A stretch of 64,000 bases of DNA from Diadema antillarum (taxonomy: Eukaryota), in contig NW_027271635.1 of NCBI RefSeq assembly GCF_040938485.1, positions 1,798,001-1,862,000 on the forward strand, read 5' to 3'. Every line of letters begins with the position of its first letter. Position 1 is the first letter of the stretch. Under the pieces are notes generated by a model. The model had not been told where the DNA came from. It saw only the letters and a program-made list of their open reading frames with translations, and searched no databases. The position numbers and the translations under genes were made by a program. Positions 46,484 to 57,809 of the stretch are shown here, piece after piece.

Positions 46484-47261
46484 TTAAACATTCAGTAAAT
46501 ATAGAAATCTTCATTTTTATCATCTAAGTACTATAAAAATGGATTCCAATTAGTTTGCTATTAATAGTTTAGATATTAGTTTGAACTATCCACTTCTTTC
46601 ACACCATTCTCAGAAAACAAAAGAATGCATTCTTTTAAGAAATTGCAGTTTTTCGTTAGTTTGCGCTTTAAAAATATCACTGTAATAAGTGAATATTAAG
46701 ACAACAATAATTTTATATGCTAATGAGTCTGCATATGTCATATCATATGAAATGTTTGATTCCATGTTTTTAAAGAATGAAACTGTTCATGCATATCCAA
46801 CCCGTCAATCCCATGAATATCATTTGCCTTTGACTAGGACGGTTTTTGCAAAATCTTTATTCTCCTTTTCTAGACCAAAATTCTAGAATTCTCTGGATAA
46901 TAGTATAAAAGAAGCTTTAAGTTTTTATACATTTTCTTTAAAGTTAAAGAATCATCTAAAAACTTCGTACGCAGCATAATTCATTTTTCTTTTTTTACTT
47001 TTGATTTTCAAAGTTGTTGTTGCTTCGTTATTCTCACTACTCTTTCTTCATCAGCGAGCCCGTGCTTCTGTGCCTCCAGTGCCCTGGATATGACCCACCA
47101 TTTTCCTCTCCTCTCCCCTCCTCCCCCCCCCCCCCCCCCCCCGCCTTGTCCACCTCGGACTTACTACCTTCTTCACTACTATATCTTTCTATCCTTCTCA
47201 ATTTTTTCCTTACAAGAGAGCCGCCATGTGTTTGTTAATGTGCGTCCGTAAGTGTGCTTGT

Positions 47262-47392
47262 NNNNNNNNNNNNNNNNNNNNNNNNNNNNNNNNNNNNNNN
47301 NNNNNNNNNNNNNNNNNNNNNNNNNNNNNNNNNNNNNNNNNNNNNNNNNNNNNNNNNNNNNNNNNNNNNNNNNNNNNNNNNNNNNNNNNNNN
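47262..47392. other. Assembly gap (N)
   Basis: Run of N; abuts the left arm of the nested palindrome. Confidence 1.
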
Positions 47393-47642
47393 GGGGACTG
47401 CATTCTACAAGCTCTGCTTTTTAGCAGTCCCCTCCATTTCCAGCAATATCGTTTATGCATTTACCACAGTGACGTAACAGATATTTGTATCTCTGTTGAT
47501 AATTTACCTATATTTTTCTTACAATGTTATTCTGTTCATCGCATTGTGGTACATATTTCATGACGTCTGTGTATATGAGTGTTTCTTTGTATTTCTTATT
47601 TGTTTGTTGGAAGTGAAATAAAATCAACTTGAACTTGAACTT
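47393..47642 (+). mobile_element. LINE/SINE-type 3' end (stem-loop + (ACTTGA)n tail)
   Basis: ggggactgc-...ctacaagct...-gcagtcccc stem-loop, AATAAA, then tandem tail; truncated by N-gap. Confidence 0.55.
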
Positions 47643-48251
47643 GAAGAGTTTGTTCGCAAAAACCTATAAGTCCATATTTGCCAAATGGAGATATTTGCGA
47701 TTAAAGGGGAAGGCTAGTAACTGATCAGTGGGAATCAGTGGAAATGCTGGGAGATGATTGTTCCAATCCTTATGGGATTCATTCAAGAGTTAATTGTATA
47801 TCTATTGTTGTGTGAAAATGATTTGCTTAAGAACGGTCTCATATTCAAGTAATGTGCAGATTAATGCTCCGTCACTGACCAGGGACGCTAACCTGGAAGC
47901 ATTAAACTGCACATTACTTGAATATGAGACCATTCTGAAGCAAATCATTTTCACACAACAATAGATATACAATGAACTCTTGAATGAATCCCATAAGGAT
48001 TGGAACAATCATCTCTCAGCATTTCCACTGATTCCCACTGATCAGTTACTAGCCTTCCCCTTTAAAGGTCAAGAAAAATAAAGAGAATATTCAGAAAATG
48101 TTTGCTTCTTTTAACCATAACTTCAAAAATGTACCTTTGTATGGCGTGACCAATATATCATTTAAAAGGTATTATTTTGTACTTAATGACAGAGACCGTA
48201 CTTCAAAATCTTCAAAAATGGACTTATCGGCTTTTGCGAATAAACTTTTCA
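47642..48251. mobile_element. MITE family 1 copy interrupted by a nested insertion
   Basis: Both TIRs present; the internal gcgaTTAAaggtc site seen in the other copies is split and duplicated. Confidence 0.8.
47705..48061. mobile_element. 357-bp foldback element with ~166-bp TIRs and TTAA TSD (Kolobok-like AG...CT ends)
   Basis: TTAA|AGGGGAAGGCTAGTAACTGATCAGTGGG...CCCACTGATCAGTTACTAGCCTTCCCCT|TTAA; arms 47705-47870 and 47895-48061. Confidence 0.85.
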
Positions 48252-48338
48252 TATAATATATGTATGTACATATGTATATAACTACTTGTATACACACACA
48301 CACTCAAACGCACACACACACGCACACACACACACACG

Positions 48339-48383
<45 letters not shown>

Positions 48384-48387
<4 letters not shown>

Positions 48388-48630
48388 GTTCAAGTTGATT
48401 TTATTTCACTTCCAACAAACAAATAAGAAATACAAAGAAACACTCATATACACAGACGTCATGAAATCAGTACCACAATGCGATGAACAGAATAACATTG
48501 TAAGAAAAATATAGGTAAATTATCAACAGAGATACAAATATCTGTTACGTCGCTGTGGTAAATGCATAATCGATATTGCTGGAAATGGAGGGGACTGCTA
48601 AAAAGCAGAGCTTGTAGAATGCAGTCCCCT
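48384..48630 (-). mobile_element. Inverted near-identical copy of the 47393-47642 retroelement 3' end
   Basis: Reverse complement matches with only a few substitutions. Confidence 0.75.
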
Positions 48631-48677
48631 CATAAAGAAAAAAAGCAAAAGAACAACAACAACAACAACAAATTTCC

Positions 48678-48708
<31 letters not shown>

Positions 48709-48769
48709 TGTATATACATATATATCATGTGATATTTCAGTCAAAACTATGTATGCCTCATCCTCATTC

Positions 48770-49150
48770 TCTGGTTGAGATGCAATAAAGAGTGTTTAAA
48801 CAGATTATAAAGTTTTGATTGACATGTGGTTCATATTATTCATTTTTGATCAGATAACGAGAAACTACTTATAAGATATGAAAGAGCAAAAATTCTAAAA
48901 TTAAATCAATGATCAATTGATGAAAATCGGTCTTAAAATGGCTGAGATATTCAAAAACAAAGTGGTCCTAATAAAGGATGTGTCCCTTTTTCTTTTTGGA
49001 TATCTCAGCCATTTTAAAAACTATTTTCATCAAATTAACTTTGAATCCTCCTGTACACTCCTTCATGCTTCATGAATTGTCTCTCATTATCTCACAGAAA
49101 GTTAAAGACCTGAAGTTTCATCTCAACCAAATCTTTAATATCATCTCATT
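48770..49150. mobile_element. MITE family 2 copy
   Basis: ggttgaga...aatggctgagatattcaaaa...ggatatctcagccatttt...catctcaaccaaa. Confidence 0.6.
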
Positions 49151-50808
49151 AAGTTTCTTTTGCTTTGGCTAGATTATTTTAGTATACTTTATTACTGACA
49201 TCTCAAAAAAGATCAGGGCATGCTTTTGCTATGAATACATTGTTCAAATATTCTAGAAAATACCAGTGAGTTGATGGTACTCTAAGAACTATTTGTTTGT
49301 TTCTTTATCTACTTGAATATTGTCATTGTAATCGACAGGAAAAACTTGTATGTAATGCTTGTGCACGGGCTCTATTAAAGCTTTTAAATGTTCATTTTAA
49401 TTAACTAATCGGTAGGAAAATATTTTGTATAATTCATTCCATGCATTGCATTATTGAAATACCAAGGCATAGCCTACTAAGCGGTCAAATGGGTGTGTAT
49501 CAACAAAGAGAACTTTTCATTTCCAGAATTGACCCGATTAAGTACACAAAGTATCCTATAGTTACAACTGGTTTATTTTTCAAACGCCTTCTTATTGTTG
49601 TACTATTGACTGATATCCGATGAACCCGGGACCACCCTGATAGCAAATACACTAACCTTGTCCAGTAAACGTTAGCACTGATTTTTTTTTCTATAGGGTT
49701 TGTGTGTAACGGCCATTTTTTTTCCCTGATGAAACAGAAAATAACGACTGGAACAACGTAATTTAAAAAAAGACAAAAAGGAATATGGTATGAAAAAGGG
49801 TCAGTAGACGTAGCCGACAGTTGGGAATGGCTTTCAGTGTAACTAATTTCGCATTGCAATGATTTATATTAATTGGATTATAAACGCAGATCTTACTAAA
49901 TCTGATGTATGTCAAAAGGATAAAAACCAACGGAAAAAAAAAAACTCAAGAAAATCATTAGAACGATATGAGTCAGCAGATGTCTATAGACCAACAAGCA
50001 TTTAATGTCCTGCCAATTAACTGACACTGACAAAATAACTTTTTTTCAGTGGCGTAATGCAGTAGAGAATATACAGAAATAAATTCTCTACCCCACCCAA
50101 ACAGAATGTATGCACAAGAAAAAGCACAATGGGAAATATTTGATATCCGGGATTAGTCTTGACGTTGAATCCACTTATGTTCCTTGAAACATTTTATTGA
50201 AGTGACGTACATGTTTCTGCTGACAATCTGTGATTGAATCGTATTGAATTCTTAGACCGCCACATAGATCTGTTTGCGGACGTCAGAAGTTGCGTGCTAC
50301 TTGATACAATCAACATACGCGTATGAGTTGATTTTGTTTTTTGGAGGTTTTTTTTTTTTTAGTCGTGCCTATGGTTACTGTCGACATGCCATTGCCAATC
50401 GTCGTCTGCTGGTCGTTTGTTTATAAAGTCACGTGATCAGCTAACACTTGAAAGCTTGAATTGTTGAATGTGAATTACAGCCAGCATTAAAGTGAGATGA
50501 ACAATTTTAGAGAGAGGAAGAGAAAAAAATGCGAGGAAGAAAACAATTTTGAACAATTTGGGCGGTTTTTCGTCGATGATTTTGGCAGTAAGCACTCGAT
50601 TGTCTTTCTCTAACCTTTTGTGTTACATCGTTTTTCTTCTTCATTATTCTCAATGTAATTTTGAGTTCATTTTACTAGGATTTCTTTTCAATTCCTGTAC
50701 AAAAAAAAACCACTTTTACAGCCTCCCACAATAGTGACGTTACTGCAGGCTAAAAATCATATGAACAAAATATGCTTTTTTTTTTGTTATTCACAGTTTC
50801 TCCCTCCC

Positions 50809-50983
50809 NNNNNNNNNNNNNNNNNNNNNNNNNNNNNNNNNNNNNNNNNNNNNNNNNNNNNNNNNNNNNNNNNNNNNNNNNNNNNNNNNNNNNNNNNNNN
50901 NNNNNNNNNNNNNNNNNNNNNNNNNNNNNNNNNNNNNNNNNNNNNNNNNNNNNNNNNNNNNNNNNNNNNNNNNNNNNNNNNNN
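50809..50983. other. Assembly gap (N)
   Basis: Run of N. Confidence 1.
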
Positions 50984-51151
50984 AGGTTGTTGATTCTATT
51001 GACAAAACTTTATCAAAAAACAATAATGTCCGCTAAACGTCCCCCCCCCCCCCCCAACCCCTTACTTAAAAACACTTAAACAGTGTTCAAATTCTTGGAC
51101 TAAGTGTTAAGATTTTACCTTTGCGTTCGCCCACTGCGGATGACATTATTT

Positions 51152-51838
51152 GTGACCGTGCACCTCAAAACGAACATAAAGTCGCACACACTGATTTTGC
51201 GTGAGGACTGAAAATAAGTGAAATGAATCAACCTAGCCGAACTTGACTTTTTCATATTTTCTGAAAATGTGGGTCTTCTTTTACATAATGCTAAAATTTG
51301 GTATCATAAAACAGGCAGGAAAGTGTTTTTTTAGCAGTTTATCTCGAACATTTTTGGTAGAATAGTGTGATTAGGTGTGTCTTTAGAATCCCTTTTTCAT
51401 TTCTGAAAAACCTTGTCCACACTCTTCACTTTCAACTCTAATAACTTTTGAAAGGATAGTGCTACTGCTTTGAAAGTTGACATTAATTATGGACAGAATG
51501 TGTTAATGAGGCATGCTTAAATTAAGTTTAATCTGATAATCCCTTCATTGTTGTTACTCTGGTGGTTTACTTCCTGTTTTTTGTCCCATTCATCGCATAG
51601 CCAGCACGGTTTGGTAAAGATTAAGCGCTTGAATAGACATTGCACTTTAGAGCCTCTTTTCTCAGTTCACACTTTTCCTGAGGTTGTGCTTTCTTTCCAA
51701 TATTTAGATAGGTTAGGAGAGTTCATTTGATTTGAGTTATACATCATTTTAAAGCTTAAAGTCTGCTCTTTCAGAATATGGTCTTAACTAAAAATTCATA
51801 TCTGGCGACTTTTTGTTTGTTTTGAGGTGCAGGGTCAC
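51152..51838. mobile_element. 687-bp non-autonomous DNA transposon with ATTT TSD (Sola1-like, inferred)
   Basis: ATTT|GTGACCGTGCACCTCAAAACGAACATAAAGTCGC ... GCGACTTTTTGTTTGTTTTGAGGTGCAGGGTCAC|ATTT. Confidence 0.65.
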
Positions 51839-53841
51839 ATTTGATCATAATGTGAATAATTTGCTTGTGGATAGAGTGAATAATATCAAATGACTCATGG
51901 TCCATTTCTTGGGGAATATAACAAAAACATACGAATATGTGACTCTAGTGGATGCAATAATATGAGTAACAGACATTTGTGAGAATTGAGACAAATCAAA
52001 CATTTTAATTGTAAAAATTCTAGCATTTCTGAAGTGCTTGATGAATCCATGCCACTCCATCGCTGGAGAAAGGGCTATACGATTTGTGCCACAGTAATGA
52101 TAGTGGAACAAGCATTTTTTTTAAGGGGGGAATAAATTCTTCTACCATAATGAAACAACAATTGTCTTGTCTTATCTTCCACAGAAGGAGCATTATCCGT
52201 TATCAGTAATATTAAGTCAAATGATATAACCATGCAAAAATAAACATTCTTTTGGGACCTTCTTTATGGATTCCTTATGTCATATCACGATGTGCTGTAG
52301 TTTTCTTATACAGCCATGACATCACATGGATTAATCCAGATTAAAAAAATAAATAAATCATAACCTTTGAATAGATCTGTTTTGATATTTCTGTTTTTAC
52401 TAAGTTCAAATTATGTTTGGGGTACACTTCCTTATAAACTCCCCCCTGGACAAGAATCAATATGCATGTGATGACTGTTATTCTCATGTAGTCTAATTTC
52501 TAATGTCTCCATATTTATGGCATTTACAGCTACAAACACGCACACGCACACACACACTGCCAATTTCTAATCTAAATATAATTCAATTGAAAATGTTATG
52601 ACATGAAAACAATAATGATGCCCTGGTGAAAGAAACAGATATTACTGAAGTGTTTCCAATACGTGTTGAATAAGCAATCCTTGTGGCCACCAAATTAGGA
52701 CTTTAACGAAATAATAGTTTAGATCTTATGCTGATAATCAATCGTGTCGAATGGAATATTGTCACGCTTACTGCGGCGGTTTATTATGCTATTTACAGAC
52801 GGGGGAAAATTCGCAACTGTGCGTATTTGCGGTGCTTGGTATTAATAATGAGGTCGGTGATGGATTGGATAATATTGACTTTCGCCAACAGCCTTGTTGA
52901 ATTTCTGGGCGTTGGGCGGTGTGCGGTCCAGCCCTTGGGTTCAAAGTACTGCTGCGTGGAAATGCACTAGTAGAGGAATATATAGTAGACTAGGGCAGGG
53001 AGACGGGGAATCGAGTGGGCCTGTGGTGTGCAGTGATGTGGTGACCAGTGAAAGGGGGCTTGGTTCAAAGGTTCCAAAGGTTGGATTATTCGGCAATTAC
53101 GTGTATTGTTGCGTTAACATGTTTTCTCTAAAATACATAATTACGATTTACAATGCTTACACAGCGCATAACAGTGTATATGTCAATATGCGTTCACTAA
53201 ATGTAAAGACTATAACACAATATCCTATCGCAAAGGTACCCAGTGTGTTTCCTTAAACTGTAAAAAGATACATTTTCAAAGCAGAATGGAATTTACTGAT
53301 ATCGGTAATTTGTTTAATATTCCTTATTTCATAAAGTAGAGGGAGTAACTATATGATATTTTGCAAATGTTCGTTTGCCATAAAATTTGGTTGTTCTCTT
53401 TGGAATAACAAGTAAGTCTTTACTTTTTGAACGAAGGTATTATTCTGGTGTAGAATTATGAAGTAACTCTCTCAAATAGTGTACAGCTAGCAAATAAAAA
53501 CATTACAAATTTAGGAGCAATTAAACTGTCTAGAACTTTGTACTGGAAGCCAGTGTAAGTTTCTTAGAACTGGTAACATGTGTTCACATGTTTTATTTTC
53601 TATTTCATATGCTAACCGCGCAGCAGTGTTTTGAACGACTTGTAATCGTAATACATAACCGAAACTCCACATCGTAATCCGTAAAAATCAGCATGGCACA
53701 TGTAGAAAGCATGAACCACACATTCTGTTGTGTACTTGTCGATAGATTCTCGAATATTCCCAATTCTATATTATGATGCGAATGAAGCAAAGTTGCATTT
53801 TTCTGAAACAAATAAATAATACAATACAAATTCAAAACAAA

Positions 53842-54797
53842 ACTAGAAATGTCGCTACGGCGACTGGTATGCCTCCGCCATAATGCATGGTTCTCTTAAT
53901 AGGTCTATAGTACAATGTCTTGACAAGATGTGATGACAGTTTCACGTAATTGGCAAAATATTAAAATGACAGGTTTGTCACAAATGTGCTGAATGTTCAC
54001 TTTACTTGAACAAGGCTTAATTGGATGAATAACTAAGTTGTCAGAGTGCAGGTATTTGGGAATTCGAGGATTTTTACTTGACTTCTGACCCTTTTATAAG
54101 TTTATGCATTGAGTAATTTCAGTATTAAATGGTGAAATATTAGTATTCAAACCTGGCCTTTGACCCATGACATTTGACCTCTTGGCAAGAAATTTCTCAC
54201 AGAATATTTATTGGGTAATACATGTATATTTCAAGTTTCAAGAAAAATCATGCAGGCATTGCATAAATATGAGGTAAGTAGTCACATTTTGAGGAGTTGA
54301 CTTTGACCTTTGACCCCCTGACCTTTGATCCGTGACCCACAAATTCCCTAGATAATCACTGCCAGTCAGTACATGCATATATACTAAGTTCCACAAAGAT
54401 ACCTTGAACCATTTGCGAGATATGGAGAAACACGCACTATTTCAACATTTTGACTTGACCTTCGTCCCTTGAACTTTGACCTCATGACCCGAAACTCTCT
54501 CTGGAGAATCTTTATTCAGTAGTACATATATACACCAAGTTTCAAGAAAATACCTTGAAGCATTGCATGGATATGGGGGAAATAGTGAAATTTTGAGCAT
54601 TTGACTTTGACCTTTTGACCTTTGACCTTGAGCATGTGCACCTACAAGTTGATAGGCACAACTTCGTCCACTCATACATACATGCCAAGTTTTATTAGTA
54701 TACCTCAAACGGTTTTTTAGTTACGCTGTCCACAAAATTGATTACGGACGGAAGGACGGACGGACGGACAACCACTTCGTGGCGGAGGCATACAAAA
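53842..54797 (-). mobile_element. Helentron-associated non-autonomous element (HINE / DINE-1-like)
   Basis: Minus strand: T-run, subTIR TATGCCTCCGCCA, (GTCC)n microsatellite, TGACCT-type internal repeats, inverted subTIR TGGCGGAGGCATA, hairpin GTCGC-cgta-GCGAC, end CTAGT + T-run. Confidence 0.75.
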
Positions 54798-57233
54798 TCA
54801 TCCAAAATAACATCCAAAATTCTACCAAATTGGATTGCTTAAATTGCAGTACATGACGGTGTACAATTAAAATCAAGAGACTGTATACCTTTAACTGTCA
54901 AAAAAAAAAGCGAAGGGATAAAGAGAAATTATTGATTCAATTAAGATTTCCAAATAGGACCGCACCCAGAACTGATCCTCTGGGACTCCGTGTGTAAATA
55001 AGTGAGTGAATTATTTTTTGGTAGCAGAAGAGTTATTCAAGACTTATATCAACATAAGGAAAAACACGAACATGATTAGGTATGGTACAAATTGTGTATT
55101 CTTTCTGGATACGGTCTTTAGGAAAAGCAGTTACTGTTGAGAGAATGTTTCAGACTGAAAGTTTCATATGGTGAAAACGACAAATCGGAATCGCTATACC
55201 TGCGTGCGTACCTAGTGTCACCATGGCCTTTACGAGCACTGTCTTTACCCGAGTGTTTACGAGTGCACTCCACGAGTGAACACATCGGTCATGGCGCGCG
55301 TTTTGACAACTCATTACTTGTCCAGTGTTTTTCTATGGTGGGACCAATTCCAGGGTGTGTATACTTGTCACACATTTTCTTCCAACATGTCCAAAAGTGA
55401 TTATATTACCTACTATTTTCGACAGCTATTACAGAGAACTGTAAGAAGGACGTATGACATTGTCAATGCTCATGGAATGCTTCGCATATTTTTATTCAAT
55501 AAATCACACAAGATAGAACCATCGCAAATTCAGTACAAAATGAAGTAGTTCAATTGAGTTGTAATTTGAGAATTGACATTCATGAAGCAACCGATTTCAC
55601 TTTATCTCTCTAAAAATATATTATGTCTTTTGAATGTGAAACGTTAGAAACATATGATAAAAGCAATAAATAAATATAACATGTATCTTAGATTTGGTCT
55701 GCCTCCGAACAGACTACACTTCACTACATATAGAACGAAAGACGATGGTGACTTCTTATACTTGCTTCATATTATGAACATCTCAACAACAACAAATAGA
55801 ATATCAAGGACTACAGTAAACTCATGCTTGAGAATGTCAGGTGCAGCTGTGTAATGCTCTATATGTTTTTATTTGAACATTACTTTGAAAAATGAGTCAC
55901 ACGCTCTGCTGCCACAGCTTACCAAGTCCCAAAAGCTTGGCAGTTGCCAAAAAAAAAATGCAAAAGGCCTTTTCACCGCTGCAGCAGTGACTTAGGAGCA
56001 CAGCTCATTGGGCGTTGGCCGACTGCTGTCACTGTGCTTTGTGACTTTATGGCACGGAGCTAAGACAGCTGCTTTCTTGTTCTTCAACCTGTCATTATAA
56101 TCATCCAATCATTTCTTTATGTTACTTCTAATGCAACAGATGATCGGTCTCTGCAAATTAGCATCACATAATAAACGTAGTGAGCATGATGAGTACAAAT
56201 CGATGATTTACACTATTCAACGACTTTAAGCCGGATGTATTCATATAATGATAAACATTTTCAAATTTATGCTGATTGCTCTTCTGATGAGCTATTACCA
56301 TCCTGTTGAATCCGCCTGCACATATTCAACGCATTTCAGCAATTTGAATCTACTTTGTATGCATTAGATGATGACCCGTCGAGCAAACCTAAAGGGCATA
56401 CTCCCGGAATGCCTTTGTTAAGACATGTGTATAAGGGTATTAAAGTAATGATTGTTCAACAAACCGATCTGCGGAGGCTGTGAATGCGGTGACAAAGTCA
56501 AAGTGTCGACCACAAAACTCAGGACTGGTTATCACTTGTTCTTTTTATAAGGCACTTCTTTCAAGCTTTCTCCTACATATTTCCTTCAAAACGTACGTTC
56601 AGACGCTCAGTCTAAATCTTTTTCATATTCTAAACGAATGTATTCGCAATTAGAATTTGGCACTTTGCAGACATAATTCTCATTTTATCAATTTTTGAGA
56701 TCATAGATATTCCACAAACAAATTTTGCTACGTAAATTTTTTTTTCATCATCATCATCCTTATCATCTCCTCGAGATGGTCAACGTACATGAGATATCCA
56801 CGTAAGGTTCAGATTCAACAATTGGAAAAGAAAAAATATCATGCCGTTAAGCAATGCCTGGTCTGTTTCCACATTCGCAATGCGTCAACATGAATGTGAC
56901 TTCCTGCTGCATATTAAACATAGAGGCAAACTGCGAGAAATGCGTGTCGTAAAAGGCCCTTATAGAATGGTACATATTCCGTGACGCCTTGCCTGTAAGG
57001 AGCACAACTAAGAGGGCGGTATTGCTTCTATGCTTTTCCAGCCGGATTGCAGACACAGGCTAAAGGGAAATCAAGCTGTAGGAAACCGTTTTGTATCTCA
57101 ATGCTTTTTCAACATCGACATTTGATGTAGATTACTCTCAGTTTAACGAGAATTAAAAAGAGGTGAAACAGAAATAGGTGGGGAAACCTCAAAAAAATGG
57201 AAACTGTGACCAGAAACACCTTTTGACAACATA

Positions 57234-57482
57234 TGAAGAGTTTGTTTGCAAAAACCGATAAGTCCATTTTTGACGATTTTGAAGTACGGTCTCTGCCATA
57301 AAGTACAAAATAAAACCTTTTAACTGATATATTGGTCACTTCATATCAAGGTACATTTTTGAAGTTATGGTCAAAAGAAGAAAAAATTTTCTTATTATTC
57401 TCTTTATTTTTCTTAACCTTTAATCGCAAATATCTCCATTTGGCAAGTATGGACATATCGGTTTTTGCAAACAAACTCTTCA
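57234..57482. mobile_element. ~250-bp MITE family 1, TA-flanked copy
   Basis: TA|TGAAGAGTTTG...CAAACTCTTCA|TA. Confidence 0.85.
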
Positions 57483-57782
57483 TATATTTCACACATTCAT
57501 GTTTTGAAGTAATAATGAGGCATTCGAAAGACTTTTGTGTCTGTCGAGGAATCACAGGTTTGCATTGCATAGACAGGAATCCTAACCTACATTATTGCTT
57601 TTTTAAGCCCCCTGTTGACATGACTTTCTTGCTGTGACGCCACCAGCACTTGAGGCTTGCAGTGCTAAACGACATCATCCGGGATACTAGTATGCGCAAA
57701 GAAGCACTGTGACGTCATCACGTCGGTCCTGAGTTGGCAACGTGAATGTGATGATTTGCAAAGTCGTCCGTGCCGTCTTTCG

Positions 57783-57809
57783 TCAGTGCGAAAAGTAGTC
57801 ATTGTATTG
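57783..57809 (-). CDS. M2 tentative terminal exon QYNDYFSH*
   Basis: tttcag acceptor, phase 0; YND matches the M1 terminal exon (IYNDL); weak pyrimidine tract. Confidence 0.4.
   Translation of the reverse strand, partial: QYNDYFSH

Noticed and set aside
55870-56700. Stretch with a coding-like feel on the minus strand (possible decayed transposase)
   Set aside because: Stops in all frames and no recognisable motif; a translated search (tBLASTx/HMMER) would be needed.
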